Source: a virus
Length of the DNA: 64,000 nt
Reading direction: 5' to 3' (one strand)
Virus record (IMG/VR): IMGVR_UViG_3300050015_000702
Below the pieces are notes generated by a model, which did not search any database, was not told where the DNA came from, and was given only the letters and a program-made list of their open reading frames with translations. The translations under genes and the position numbers were made by a program. Below are positions 18,176 to 30,100 of this stretch, piece by piece. Each line of letters opens with the position of its first letter. Positions within the stretch are counted from its first letter, which is position 1.

Positions 18176-20650
18176 ATGCCAGGTTATTTCAATTTACCAT
18201 TCAGCGTAAGAATATCTAACAGCGATCCTATTGATGGAGATCGATATATTTCATCTGATGCATCTGCTAGAGATGCTTTAATTACTATTGGAAGGGCTCA
18301 CGTAGGACTTCAGTCATATGTTTTAAATGAATCCAAGCTTTACATACTTGACTCTTTAACTCCTCCCGTTTGGAAATTCTTACCAGATTCCTCTGATTTG
18401 AATCAAAGGGATGTTTCCATTGCTTGGTTACTTAATAACAAAGTAAACCGTGCTGGAGATACCATGACAGGAAATCTTACAATTAATGATGGGGGATTAG
18501 TAGTTACTGGGGATGTTTCTATCATAGGTGGGGATGCCGATTTTGCTCAGCATGTTCACGTTCATGGAAACTTAGAAGTAGATGGATCCATTATTTACAC
18601 AAATATAGATGCGATTGAAGTTTCAACAGCATTTATTTTACTTAATACAGGTTTAGTTGGTCCTCCTTCGGGAACTCTACAATCAGGCATAGTTGTAGAA
18701 AGAGGGTCATCAGATCCCTATGTATTTGTATATGATGAGGATGAACAGAATTTTAGAATAGGAATATCTCATTTAGATACTTCTTTCCATTATTCGGATA
18801 CATCTACCCAAGCTGTATCAACAAGGGAGGATTCCCCATTTTCATGGGCAATTCCTTTTTGGAATCCCAATGCTTTTAGATTCGATACTTCAGCAGGATT
18901 AGCATTTACAAACGGGGGAGGATTACTTTTGCCGATGGCTAACAATCAGCCACTAGAATTTAAAGCTCTTATGTGGAATGGAACTACTGTAGGTTCAAGA
19001 GATTTAAGTACTATGGCATTTGAAACATCAACAAATTATTATAGCAAACCTGAAGTGGATGCTATTATAGTTCCAATTAATGCTTCGATAGTTTTGTTAA
19101 GAGCAGAGGATTCTTCATTGGATGCTTCAATCGGATTTCTTTATAATTGGGATCTTTCTCAAGATGCTTCAATAGTAGCTCTTAGAGCCAAAGATGGTTC
19201 TCTGGATGCATCTTTGGGGTATTTAAATTCTCAAATACTTCAATTAAATGCTTCTACAGTTATTATAAATGCTTCCATAAATAAATTAAATTCTCAAGTA
19301 CTTCAATTAAATTCTTCAATAGTAAGAATTGATGCTTCCCTTAATGATACTGTTGACGGATATTCCATATTTTTTCCAAATGCTTCAATTGGGGCAGGAT
19401 TAGTTTGGGGTCCAACTCATTATTTAGATGTTTCAATTGTTTTAACAAATGTTTCTGGAAGTACAAACTTTATTCCCAAATTTAATGTATCTGGAAACAA
19501 TATCATAAATTCCAGTTTATATGCTGTTGGGAGTACTCTTTCGAATATTGGAGGAACTTTTACTCTTTCATCATCTGGGGATATTGTTTTGAAATCTACA
19601 AGAATGGATTCCGCCGGCAATGTTATCCTTTTACCATCTAATGCTGGTAACCCAAGCTTTGATGGTCAGATTTATATGGGGGATGATACATTTAGCTCTT
19701 ATGCCATTGATTTACAAGCTCGTTCATCTAATCCTAATATCGAATTAAGAATTTGGCAGAAAGGGGTTTCTCAATTAACTCTTGGAAATGCAGCAGGCCC
19801 AGTTTTATTAGACTCCCCAAATGTTTACCTAGCCAATACTTTAGCAGTAAATTATGGAAAAATCTATATGTATGGACTGGATTCTTCAGCTAGAACTAAG
19901 ATTTTAACTTTTAATCCTGATACCAGTACCGTTGGATTTGGAACTCCGGGAATTACTGTAAATGGATCAATAGGGGCTTTTACCATATTTGATGGAACAG
20001 GAAACAACATCCAGAATTCATTCTTTAAACAAAGTTCAAATCAATTCACAGTTGCCGATAATGTAAGTAATTTAGTAATAACTTCAGGAGCTAGCCAGGG
20101 AAATTTAATCTTAAAAACTACTAATAACGGATATTCCGACTTTATTCTTGATCCCCGAAATGGATATATCATGATAGGACAAAGTCAAACAACCGCTGAT
20201 ATTCGACTTACCGCTGGAGGGACTTTATCTGATGTAAATTTCAATATTCAGCCTGCGGGTGCCGGAAGAACTAAACTCTATGGTGGATTAGATTTTCCTT
20301 CAATTGCAGAAGTTTCTGCAAACAAAATTTTATATTACGATTCTTCTACTTATCATGTTACCTTTGGAAATGCTCCATTGGCGGTAACTACTCTTTCCGC
20401 TTTAACCGATGTTTCGATCTCAGGTTTAGCAGATCAAAATTTATTACAATATGATGTTGCTTCTGGAAAATGGAAAAATATTGCACCTCTTGATGCATCA
20501 GCTTATTTCCAGAAAAAAGTAGTTTATAATTCTATTCCTGGAAGTGTTACTACAGGATCGGCCGGAGACGTGGTTTATGATTCTTCATACTTATACGTAT
20601 GTACGAGTACAAATAAATGGGGAAGAGTATTACTAGATTACGCATTTTAA
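18176..20650 (+). CDS. long tail fibre-like protein
   Basis: GDTMTGNL, coiled-coil stretch, LSALTDVSIS...LLQYD...KWKN fibre motifs. Confidence 0.7.
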   Translation: MPGYFNLPFSVRISNSDPIDGDRYISSDASARDALITIGRAHVGLQSYVLNESKLYILDSLTPPVWKFLPDSSDLNQRDVSIAWLLNNKVNRAGDTMTGNLTINDGGLVVTGDVSIIGGDADFAQHVHVHGNLEVDGSIIYTNIDAIEVSTAFILLNTGLVGPPSGTLQSGIVVERGSSDPYVFVYDEDEQNFRIGISHLDTSFHYSDTSTQAVSTREDSPFSWAIPFWNPNAFRFDTSAGLAFTNGGGLLLPMANNQPLEFKALMWNGTTVGSRDLSTMAFETSTNYYSKPEVDAIIVPINASIVLLRAEDSSLDASIGFLYNWDLSQDASIVALRAKDGSLDASLGYLNSQILQLNASTVIINASINKLNSQVLQLNSSIVRIDASLNDTVDGYSIFFPNASIGAGLVWGPTHYLDVSIVLTNVSGSTNFIPKFNVSGNNIINSSLYAVGSTLSNIGGTFTLSSSGDIVLKSTRMDSAGNVILLPSNAGNPSFDGQIYMGDDTFSSYAIDLQARSSNPNIELRIWQKGVSQLTLGNAAGPVLLDSPNVYLANTLAVNYGKIYMYGLDSSARTKILTFNPDTSTVGFGTPGITVNGSIGAFTIFDGTGNNIQNSFFKQSSNQFTVADNVSNLVITSGASQGNLILKTTNNGYSDFILDPRNGYIMIGQSQTTADIRLTAGGTLSDVNFNIQPAGAGRTKLYGGLDFPSIAEVSANKILYYDSSTYHVTFGNAPLAVTTLSALTDVSISGLADQNLLQYDVASGKWKNIAPLDASAYFQKKVVYNSIPGSVTTGSAGDVVYDSSYLYVCTSTNKWGRVLLDYAF

Positions 20651-20667
20651 AAAATAAAATATAAGAT

Positions 20668-22212
20668 ATGCCTTCAAAGATACTATCTTGGAATAATATA
20701 CCAATTACCTATAATCATTTTCCAGTTCAATTTTCTATTCCTCGTATTGACGATATTTTAAGTAAATTTGATACGTGGTATAGTTCTTCTGCTCCGGTAG
20801 GAAACTTATCTATACATTTGCAAGGATTAAATAATTCATGGCCAACCAGCGGATATTATAATCCAAATATTCAAAATCTTTATGTTACATTTGGATTAGC
20901 AGGACAAGATGTATCCATAATTATTAATCTTCAACCTGTTAAATTTAATATTATTATTGATACTTCAATGTGGGTTAATTTAGGGGATTCCTCTATTGCT
21001 TATACAGGAGCATTTACTCCAGCTGATTTAACTTGGGGATTCTGGCCGGGAACAGCAAGATCTACTCCGGTTTATAATGGCAAATCTTATTGGTCCTGGG
21101 ACGGCGGAATTTATGCAAGTCCAACTGGAACTATGATCATTGATCTATCAACCCACAATGCTGAATTTTTAGCTAATGGATACAAAGTTATCAATGGGGA
21201 TTACTATGATGCAAATATCAACTGTATGTCAATGAATATTTCCGATCATGGATTCTTCTCTTCAATCTGCAGTATTGGAAGTTTAAGATCTTTCTGGAAA
21301 TATGATATTAGCACTAATACTGGACAAAATTTCAACAAATCCTATCCTTATATAGGTTACCCAATTGGAGATGACTATGCTCCTTATCCTGATGGGGTAA
21401 CTTTGGAACAAGGATGGTATCATGAAGGTGGAAATACTATGTATGTTTTATCATTCTTTAATGATTATCCTTCAGAAACAGCTTTACTTCAATACCATTA
21501 TGATTCAAGTACAATGTATCGATTCGATGAACTTGGATTCAGAAATGCTAGTACTGGTGTTCCAGTTCAGATAAATGGTATCCCATTACCAGCAGGAACT
21601 CCAGAAACCATCTTAAATGAAACACACGGAGGAAGACTATTTTTAACTTTTAACTCGAGTATCTGGATGTATAACATATCTTCAAGTACTGGATATTTTA
21701 TGAGTGAAACAGGTTTATTCGATGGTACTTCAACTATTAATTATGATTCTAGTTCTTTAATTCCTAATTTTTTATCTTCGAATTTATTAAGAAGTCATGA
21801 CCAATATCTTATTTTCGGAAGCGCAATTGGTAATGAAATTTGGAAATATGACGTTTCAAACAATAAATTTATTGAGAAAATAACAATAGGAGAAATTGTA
21901 AATGAAGCCAGCATAGCTCATAATTTTTCTGGGGATCCAATTGTAGGGGTTTTAAATGATTTCGAATATGACGTAATAAATCACAAATTATTCCTTACTA
22001 CGGATTCTTCTTGGAGAAGCTTCTATATGTTTAATCTTGATGAATGGACAATAACCCAAATCGATGCGTCTCATATAAGTAATGGAAATAGTGTAGACTT
22101 AATTGCAAATACAGCTCCAATGAGTTTGGATACTATAAATAAGAAAATGGTATTTAGTGCAGGGGGAAATACGGATCTATCAGATAAGAGCTTATATGAA
22201 ATTGCTTATTAA
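20668..22212 (+). CDS. beta-propeller-like receptor-binding candidate
   Basis: Repeated WKYD(I/V)S / WMYNIS blades. Confidence 0.5.
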   Translation: MPSKILSWNNIPITYNHFPVQFSIPRIDDILSKFDTWYSSSAPVGNLSIHLQGLNNSWPTSGYYNPNIQNLYVTFGLAGQDVSIIINLQPVKFNIIIDTSMWVNLGDSSIAYTGAFTPADLTWGFWPGTARSTPVYNGKSYWSWDGGIYASPTGTMIIDLSTHNAEFLANGYKVINGDYYDANINCMSMNISDHGFFSSICSIGSLRSFWKYDISTNTGQNFNKSYPYIGYPIGDDYAPYPDGVTLEQGWYHEGGNTMYVLSFFNDYPSETALLQYHYDSSTMYRFDELGFRNASTGVPVQINGIPLPAGTPETILNETHGGRLFLTFNSSIWMYNISSSTGYFMSETGLFDGTSTINYDSSSLIPNFLSSNLLRSHDQYLIFGSAIGNEIWKYDVSNNKFIEKITIGEIVNEASIAHNFSGDPIVGVLNDFEYDVINHKLFLTTDSSWRSFYMFNLDEWTITQIDASHISNGNSVDLIANTAPMSLDTINKKMVFSAGGNTDLSDKSLYEIAY

Positions 22213-22234
22213 AATCAACACTCTAATTAATTTG

Positions 22235-22243
22235 GAATATATA
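22235..22243 (+). promoter_or_regulatory. putative late promoter (GAATATATA)
   Basis: Motif 18 nt upstream of ATG 22262. Confidence 0.65.
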
Positions 22244-22261
22244 AAATAAAACTATAAAAAT

Positions 22262-24160
22262 ATGTCAAGAGTAACACCCTTTGTCAAAAGAATGCGAACC
22301 AATGGGGGAACTATTTATACTTTTAACTCTGCTGTTGAAGACATTGGTCTTAACATTAATGAGAGAAATAACGTTGTAAAAATTTCCAATTTTGCGCTCT
22401 TAAATATTCCTCGAATTGACTATCCGGAAATCCAGGATCAAAATGGAATTCTCGAGAATAGATTCAATCTTAAAGCTATTCCAGGGTCTCTTGAATATTG
22501 GAACTACCCAGGTATAAAAGATGGCCGAGTTCTTATTGCAGAAAGTTTTCAGAACTATGCTTTAAACTTAGAAGCTAATCTTCTGGATTCATCAACTTAT
22601 GATCAGTCACTTCAGAAAACCGTTGCTGAAAGGGTATTTTGGAAATGGTTAAAAGAAACTGGAGCTATTCGTTGGTCCCCAGATGGTTCAGGTAACTGGA
22701 TCGAAGAAACCGAAACTCAAGTAGATAGTTCTGTAGGGTATCAATCAGTTGTAAAATATGTTGGTCAAGTTACTGCAGGTAACGTTAGATCAGATTCCTT
22801 TGGAACTTACAATGAAACTTATATCCTAGTTCCTACGTCTCATGGCGAAGTCGAGGCACACTTTGAACAAGTTGAGGATACAAACTATGCTCATGGAATG
22901 GAAATCGGTAACTTAACCGAAAATATTCTTGGAAGAGAGGGATATACGAAGCCTCATCCCGATGGACTTTCTTATTTAGGATATTATGACTTTATAGAAG
23001 ATCCTTCCACAATTGTTCAAAACAATTATGCTTCTCCCTATCCTGTTTATAATCTTACATATAAGTATAATATTAATGACCCATCATCAGCATGGTATCC
23101 AGGATCATGGTTCACAGCCGAAGGAACAACTCCTATGTCAGCTAAAAACGCTTACTTGATCGATACTTCTGCTTACATTACAAATGGAAAATATAAAACA
23201 CAGTTAAGATATTCTGAAGCTCCTTCAGGATTAGATCCAATTGAATTTCAACGTTCAAACGTGGATTGTATACAGCTTATCTGGGATTTAAACAAACTAA
23301 AAATCATCTATAATGATCCAACTTTAACCTTTGATAAATTAGCTCAGCAAGGTCCAAGCGGATATAGCATTAATGATGCTTTTGAATTTAATGCAGCTTT
23401 AATTTATTACACAATTTATAACTCAGTTCAGGATACAGTTTTAGCTGTTAACCTATTAGGAATTTTATTTTTAGATGCTCCTTCAGGAAATAGCGCAAAT
23501 ATTGGTCTTGGTGCAGGAATAATTATTCCATCTCTTGAGAAGATTCAGAGTAATGCGGCCGGATTTGGAACTTCATATTCATTACGTTTAAACATCAGGA
23601 CCGATAATATGACCGATGATACTCAAGCGATTATTTATGATGAGTCAACTTCGAGCCAACTATATGCAGAAGATTGGAATGAAGCTTTCTTCCAGCTAGG
23701 ACAAGCAGTAAATATCCTTACACAAAATAACAGTACAATTAATTATATTTCAAATCAATACAATGAACTAGCAAATGCTCAGACTCAAATGGGTAATAGC
23801 TTAACAGCTTTGCAGCAACAAGTAAATACCATTAGTAGAGATATAATCGGAACTACAGGTGCAATAGCCATGTATACTGACGGAGCGGATCCAATTGGGG
23901 ATTCCTCAATATTCCAGATAAATGGAAATATTGGGATGTTTACAACGAATCCAACCTGGCCAGTTCAAATTGATGCAAGTCTTAAAACCAAAGACATCTA
24001 TGTTGAAAATTCAGTTAGAGATGTTTCCGGAAATATTTTAATTGGACAAGGATCGCCATTCCAAATGGGTGGTTGGGTTTTTGAACCATCCGGAAACAAT
24101 CTGATGCTTAAATTTGGAACAACTACATTTACATTCACTACTGATGGCAGCATAATTTAA
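22262..24160 (+). CDS. baseplate/tail structural protein
   Basis: 632 aa, C-terminal coiled coil then fibre-like end; structural operon context. Confidence 0.5.
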   Translation: MSRVTPFVKRMRTNGGTIYTFNSAVEDIGLNINERNNVVKISNFALLNIPRIDYPEIQDQNGILENRFNLKAIPGSLEYWNYPGIKDGRVLIAESFQNYALNLEANLLDSSTYDQSLQKTVAERVFWKWLKETGAIRWSPDGSGNWIEETETQVDSSVGYQSVVKYVGQVTAGNVRSDSFGTYNETYILVPTSHGEVEAHFEQVEDTNYAHGMEIGNLTENILGREGYTKPHPDGLSYLGYYDFIEDPSTIVQNNYASPYPVYNLTYKYNINDPSSAWYPGSWFTAEGTTPMSAKNAYLIDTSAYITNGKYKTQLRYSEAPSGLDPIEFQRSNVDCIQLIWDLNKLKIIYNDPTLTFDKLAQQGPSGYSINDAFEFNAALIYYTIYNSVQDTVLAVNLLGILFLDAPSGNSANIGLGAGIIIPSLEKIQSNAAGFGTSYSLRLNIRTDNMTDDTQAIIYDESTSSQLYAEDWNEAFFQLGQAVNILTQNNSTINYISNQYNELANAQTQMGNSLTALQQQVNTISRDIIGTTGAIAMYTDGADPIGDSSIFQINGNIGMFTTNPTWPVQIDASLKTKDIYVENSVRDVSGNILIGQGSPFQMGGWVFEPSGNNLMLKFGTTTFTFTTDGSII

Positions 24161-24165
24161 ATAAT

Positions 24166-24801
24166 ATGAATTTCTACGTTTATTTAATTCAAAATAACAT
24201 TACCAAGAAAAAATATATTGGTAGTAGAATGGCATATAAAGGGGAAGATCCTTTAAATGATAAGTATATGGGGTCTTCTAAACATTTAAATGAAGACTAC
24301 AAAGTATATGGTATTGAAAATTTCTCAAAAGAAATCTTACAGTCAAACTATACAGATAAAATTGAGATGATAAAAGGCGAATCCTTTTATATGAGACAAT
24401 ATAATACTTTTGAACCAAATGGATATAATAGATACGATCCAGCCGACAGAATAGGATTTCATGTGGGTGGATGTAAAAAAAGCGAACAATCAAAGGAAAA
24501 ACAAAGCAAATCCTCCGCAGGAAATTCTCCATGGAACAAAGGAAAAAAAGGTTTGCAACATCATTCCGAAAAAACTAAAGAACAAATATCTACTAATACT
24601 AAAGGAGAAAATAATCACAATTTTGGAAAAACTTTTGCACCAGAGAAAAATCCGATGTTTGGAAAAACTGGTGAAAATCATCCTTGTTTTGGAACAAAAA
24701 GAAAACGAGTAATCTGTGAATATTGTAAAAAAGAAATTCCAACAAATATATATTCTTTATGTCACGGAGACAAATGTAAATCTAAAAAAATCGCAATATA
24801 A
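24166..24801 (+). mobile_element. free-standing GIY-YIG homing endonuclease (NUMOD3, C-terminal Zn ribbon)
   Basis: FYVY...KKYIGSR, YMGSS, PNGYN, HSEKTKEQIS, CEYC...HGDKCK. Confidence 0.85.
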
Positions 24802-27116
24802 TGGCTCAAAACGTAAATTCATTCACCGAAACTGTAAAAACGCTTACCCAAAATGTAAACGTTGCTTTACAATCCATGGTTCAGATGAATAATTCAATGA
24901 CTACGCAATCGGATTTTGTAGTTATATCAGTGGTGGGAACCGACCCGATAACTGGCGACGCATCCACTTTTACCTATCATATTCCATCTTTCAATTCTCT
25001 ACTCACTCAAATGAATAGAGTAGTTAATACGGTGGACACTTTTGTATCTGGTAATGGAGTCGTTTTATTAAAGGATGGAACTTATCGCCAGGTAACTACA
25101 ATACCCGTAGCAAAATCTCCTGTAGCTATTACAACATTGGCTGCTCCAACAACATTCCAAACTCGTACAAACTGGTTTTTTGAGAATATGATGTTTCCCG
25201 AACTTATTGTTGAATTTGATCTTAAAGGATTAATCGATGATAGGTCAGATAGAGTTACAGTTAGAAGGGTTCTTTTTGATAACCCGGATGCCGAAGCTAC
25301 CCAATGGTTTAAAGATAATTTTCTTGGGGTTACTCGCGATTATCAGGAAACAATAGATTTCTTAAACGTAAATGCAAAAACCTATTTTATTGATGATGAA
25401 GTCTTAAATCTTCCTCTAAATCCAACACAGTATACCGGTAGCTTCTTAATTACAAATAGACAAGTTATAAATAACGTTGAATGGTTTTATCTTGATACAC
25501 TTAACTATGGTTTAACCTCAGATGGTACCGTTGTAAAGAATATCCAATTAAAAATTAACGATCAGCTTCGTTACGCTGATAGTTTATATGTAGTTAATTC
25601 TATTGATGTTACAGAAAAAAGGGTTCAGCTTACAGCCACAGTTGGTTTTGGAAAGCCTTCTATCAATGGTTCTTTCAATATTTACTCAACTCCATTTGCA
25701 ACTAAGCTAGTTGATATTCCAGTTGGATACGATGAATGCGATATTATTTTCTTCAAAGGAGTTAATGATGACTTTAATATTATCGCCGATGATTGGGGAA
25801 ATTCGGTAAACTTCTATACAAATGATTTAGTCCTGGTTGACAGCACAGTTACATTCCAGCAATACTATAATTCATTTGTTCAGGACTTTGGAAGACAGCT
25901 TGAAGGACAAGCTAGAGAAGGATTTATTCCAGCATTCTTTGGAGTTAATCCAGACGCTCCTGTTTTTGCAGCTACAAACTTCAATGTAACTCAGATCAAT
26001 ACTCAACTTAATGCAGCGATAGATGTTGCATCAGTTAAGCAGACACAAGCTCAGATTGAATCTTTAAAAACCATTATCAATAGTTTAAAGAATACAATCA
26101 GCAACCAGAAATCAGAATTGGTTCAATTAACCTCTTCTTCCGAACGTGCTGACTTACAATCAAAGATCAATAGCAACATTATATCTCTTTCTAATAATAC
26201 GGTTCAATATCAGTCATTAGTAAGATCTTTAGCAACTATAGCTTATGAAAATAATTCTGTTGCAGTTAGCCCTAAATATAGAATTCGCGGATTCTTTGAT
26301 ATTCCTTCCCCAAAACCAATCGAGTTAGGAAATAGTCCGCAGACTCAGCAAATTATACAATTTGAAACTGCTTATAGATATTTAAGACTGGATAATACAG
26401 GAAATCCTCTAAATACTATTACTTATGCTGATCCTTCAACTGGTCAGAATATTTCAGGAGTATTTTCAGATTGGACACTTAATCTTGGACCAGTTCTTCA
26501 GAAAACATTTGACACTAGTACAAACAAATACATCTGGAAACCGGAGACAATTGCTAATGGTGATGTAGTAAATATTAACCAGCTAGATGTTCCAATTCAA
26601 AAGGGAGAAAACGTTCAAATTAAAATCCGTTCTATCTCTGAAGCAGGATGGCCTTTGAACCCGCTTAAATCCGATTGGTCTCAGCCAGTTACTGTTACTT
26701 TCCCAGCAAATCTTTCAGGAACGGATCAGGTAGCTAATATTCTTACTGAAGCTGCTTCTGAAGAAGCTGCAATTCAATTGGATCAGACTTTAAGTTCTGC
26801 AGGTATTTATACCCACATGGACGACAGCATTCCTAACCCAGCTTCTGGCAGTGGATCTTATTTTAAACACCAAGCACAATTTTTAGAGTATACTGTTTCA
26901 ACAAAAGATCAAACAGGAAAAATTACTAAACAAAATTCTGTAGATATTCAGAGTACAATAGATAATCTACCAAATAATGCTTATGTTACTCTTACAAAAC
27001 CCACCGGAGCTACTTCCCCGCAACCTAATATTACGGGGACTTTACAATTATTTTTCCAGGCAATTGTAAATATGGATCCATCCATTTATGATGAATTTGA
27101 TACATTAATCGTATAA
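24801..27116 (+). CDS. structural protein with coiled coil and FN3-like domain
   Basis: 771 aa; central heptads; IRSISEAGWP...SDWS FN3-like end. Confidence 0.55.
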   Translation: MAQNVNSFTETVKTLTQNVNVALQSMVQMNNSMTTQSDFVVISVVGTDPITGDASTFTYHIPSFNSLLTQMNRVVNTVDTFVSGNGVVLLKDGTYRQVTTIPVAKSPVAITTLAAPTTFQTRTNWFFENMMFPELIVEFDLKGLIDDRSDRVTVRRVLFDNPDAEATQWFKDNFLGVTRDYQETIDFLNVNAKTYFIDDEVLNLPLNPTQYTGSFLITNRQVINNVEWFYLDTLNYGLTSDGTVVKNIQLKINDQLRYADSLYVVNSIDVTEKRVQLTATVGFGKPSINGSFNIYSTPFATKLVDIPVGYDECDIIFFKGVNDDFNIIADDWGNSVNFYTNDLVLVDSTVTFQQYYNSFVQDFGRQLEGQAREGFIPAFFGVNPDAPVFAATNFNVTQINTQLNAAIDVASVKQTQAQIESLKTIINSLKNTISNQKSELVQLTSSSERADLQSKINSNIISLSNNTVQYQSLVRSLATIAYENNSVAVSPKYRIRGFFDIPSPKPIELGNSPQTQQIIQFETAYRYLRLDNTGNPLNTITYADPSTGQNISGVFSDWTLNLGPVLQKTFDTSTNKYIWKPETIANGDVVNINQLDVPIQKGENVQIKIRSISEAGWPLNPLKSDWSQPVTVTFPANLSGTDQVANILTEAASEEAAIQLDQTLSSAGIYTHMDDSIPNPASGSGSYFKHQAQFLEYTVSTKDQTGKITKQNSVDIQSTIDNLPNNAYVTLTKPTGATSPQPNITGTLQLFFQAIVNMDPSIYDEFDTLIV

Positions 27117-27121
27117 TTAAG

Positions 27122-30100
27122 ATGATAAAACAGTTTACTGAAAACGCGATACTAACAACCCAGAACCCCGAATGCTTTTTAAATTTTGCTTATGAAGCAC
27201 CAGATCCAAGTTTATGGATTGTTCCAGAAGTTGTTACGGGATTAGGAAAATATCTCGTAAATGGGATTGATGTACAAAGTGCAAGTGTTGGATATGCTCT
27301 TCACTTAAGTGACCAAGATTTTAGAGCATCTTTTCTGATCTACACTTCTCATCTTGAAGACTTTGATTCAAGCTTGCATTTCAGAATTTATAACAATGCC
27401 GCTTGTACCACATTAGTTGACGTTAAATCAGTAAATATTTACAACCGTCAATTTCAAATTACTTCTGACCAAATTAATTCCTTGGTTAACCAGAATATTT
27501 TAATTGATGACGAAGCATCCTATCTTGTTTTAAGAACTAACCCAAAATTTTCAGGAAACATCAAGCTTATAGTTGATGTTAGTGAGAATCTTTTCCTTGA
27601 TACATTCCAAATTTCAGATATTCTAAATAATAAGAAATACAGGAAACAGCAAGTATCCGGAAATAGCGTTTACTCAGGGGATGTTCGTAATGTATTTAGC
27701 AGTCTTCCCAAAGGAGAACTTTATAGAGTATCTGTCAATGATGCTTTAAATATAGCTGTACCAAAAACAGATTTATTCAATCAGTATGATACAACATACA
27801 ATTATGGTGCTAGACTTCTTATGGATGATCTTTATACCGAAGATAATGGGGTACTTGCTCCCCTTTGGATAAATCAAACTCTACCAGATTTCTTTGCTTT
27901 ATTTAGATTGCCGGGAACTTTTAACCCTGAAACTTATGCAGTTACCCCCGATTTAACTAATCTTGCTTTCAAATATTTAGAAGAGTCGGAATTAATTAAA
28001 AGCTGGTCTTTAAAGAAGGGTTCTACTTTAGGAACTTATTTGGATCATCACTTAAGCGATATAACGAGTAATCCGGCCCCTGTATTCCTATCTCTACCAG
28101 ATACTTCAATTTTATTCGGAGATAGCGACCCAAATACATGGTATGGTGTTGCTATTGATAAGGGCATTGTTACAGGAAGATCCGAAACCCAATATTTCTT
28201 TGAACAAAACCAGCAAAATTTTGCACAGCTTAACCAATTCATATCCAGTGGATTTGAAAGAAATAATTTAGTATGTTCTAATCTTATAAATCTTCAATAC
28301 ATTTTTGATGACAATGATGTTAGTTTATATTCAATGAGCCGATATTTTGGATTCTACTTAACAGAGAACCCATTATACAAGTTTGCTTATTACATGGATA
28401 CATCTACGTCTGATCTTATGTTTCTTTCATTAGATGGAAAAGATAGCAGCTTATTTATAGATTCTAGCATTCTTTGGGATGCATCAGGAAATGTGACTGC
28501 CGAATTCAGCAATAGAATTTTCACCTTAAATGGAGGAGATAGTCTTATCAGAATTAAGAATATAAATCCTTTTATAACTGATGATGAAACTATTCAGGAT
28601 TTTATTAATAAGCCAGGAGTCAATTTATTCGACGTGGCTGTTAAAAAAGAAAAGATAAATCCTTTTGCTACAATTAAACTTAATACCCAACTACACGGTG
28701 GGGATCACATAAGAGTTCTCAATAAAACTACTGGAAAAATATGGGAAGCTTATGGAGCTCCAACAGATCCTTATAAATATGTTGCAAAACATACAACTCC
28801 CGAATACCCAATACTTTATCAAACTAGTTTTAATACAGCTTTGGATATAGAAGGTCAGATTCATTCATTATACGATGCATTTGATTTGTTCTCAAGTTAT
28901 CCAGATTGCCCATTCCATGTAGAAACCAGAGGTTCAGATTGGTTTTCAATTATTTTAAATGATGATGCAAGTTTTGGAGATGATTGGAAAATACAGAGAA
29001 TTACATCTCAGACTAGACAGCAGCCAAATGATGAGAACTCAGTATTTAATACTTCCGCATCTCCATCAGATGTAAATTTCTTTAGATTTTTTACTCCAGA
29101 TGCAAGCGATTTTTTAACTATTTCTTATGATGCTTCATATGGCCCCATTACATTTGAACTTTATGGAGATCGTAGATCAATTGAAGTAAATTTTGTCAAC
29201 TCAAGCGATAATATTCTTTGGTCTTTTGTAAGTGATGATAAAATCTTACAAAAATTTCAAAATTATATGCTTTATCAAGAAACTAATGGAAGATACCGAT
29301 TAATAAAAAAATTCGATATAAATTCTCATGAGTTTAATCTAGTCAGAGATCCTCTTACCCCCGATGATAGAGTTTTAATAATGACTCCGAGCGACATAGC
29401 TTTATTTCATGGAAATTGGAACGCCTATGCAGCTTTCCCAATGTATTTTTCACTTATGGGTATAAATCCTGTAAAAGATATTGATTACACCGTTTATGAT
29501 TCAAGTCTTGGAGCAGTAAGTGAATATGTTTATAAAAGAGAAGGAGATGCAAGCACATGGTTTGTAAATCTTGCTCCTAAAGAGACACATACAATCGACT
29601 TTAGAGGATCCTTTGAAGTTCTCAGCGGGGATGGATCCATTTTAACTAATGGACTTTTCATTCCTTATAATGCTTCAACTAAATTTAATACTTTCAATAA
29701 TGATAGAACGATTATTGCAAACAATCCAACAGTCCTTGGCTTCACAACTGTTCTTGACGGTTCGACAGTATTTACTTCATATGATCCATCTGTCAAAGAA
29801 GAAAACTTGGAAGACTACTACGTCAATAATAAATTACTCAAATATCCACTTACCACCCCAATAATTTCATCTTGGGTAGGATTGGGAACAGATTGCAGAA
29901 ATAATTTACTTAGATTTATTCTGGACGCTTCCATATTTGCACCGGATCCATCCGGAGTATCTAATTTTCTCCCAACAGTTAATAACTACATAGATGAAAT
30001 CTCATATCCTGTTTATAAATATTTAACCCCAGGAACTAGAAACTGGCAGGATTATGTATTCTATGATATTAATGATGCTGTGTTATCTCAAGACGGGTCA

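Noticed and set aside
24120-24165. Target mimic upstream of GIY-YIG 24166
   Set aside because: No own promoter; ACATTCACT vs TCATTCACC is too short to count
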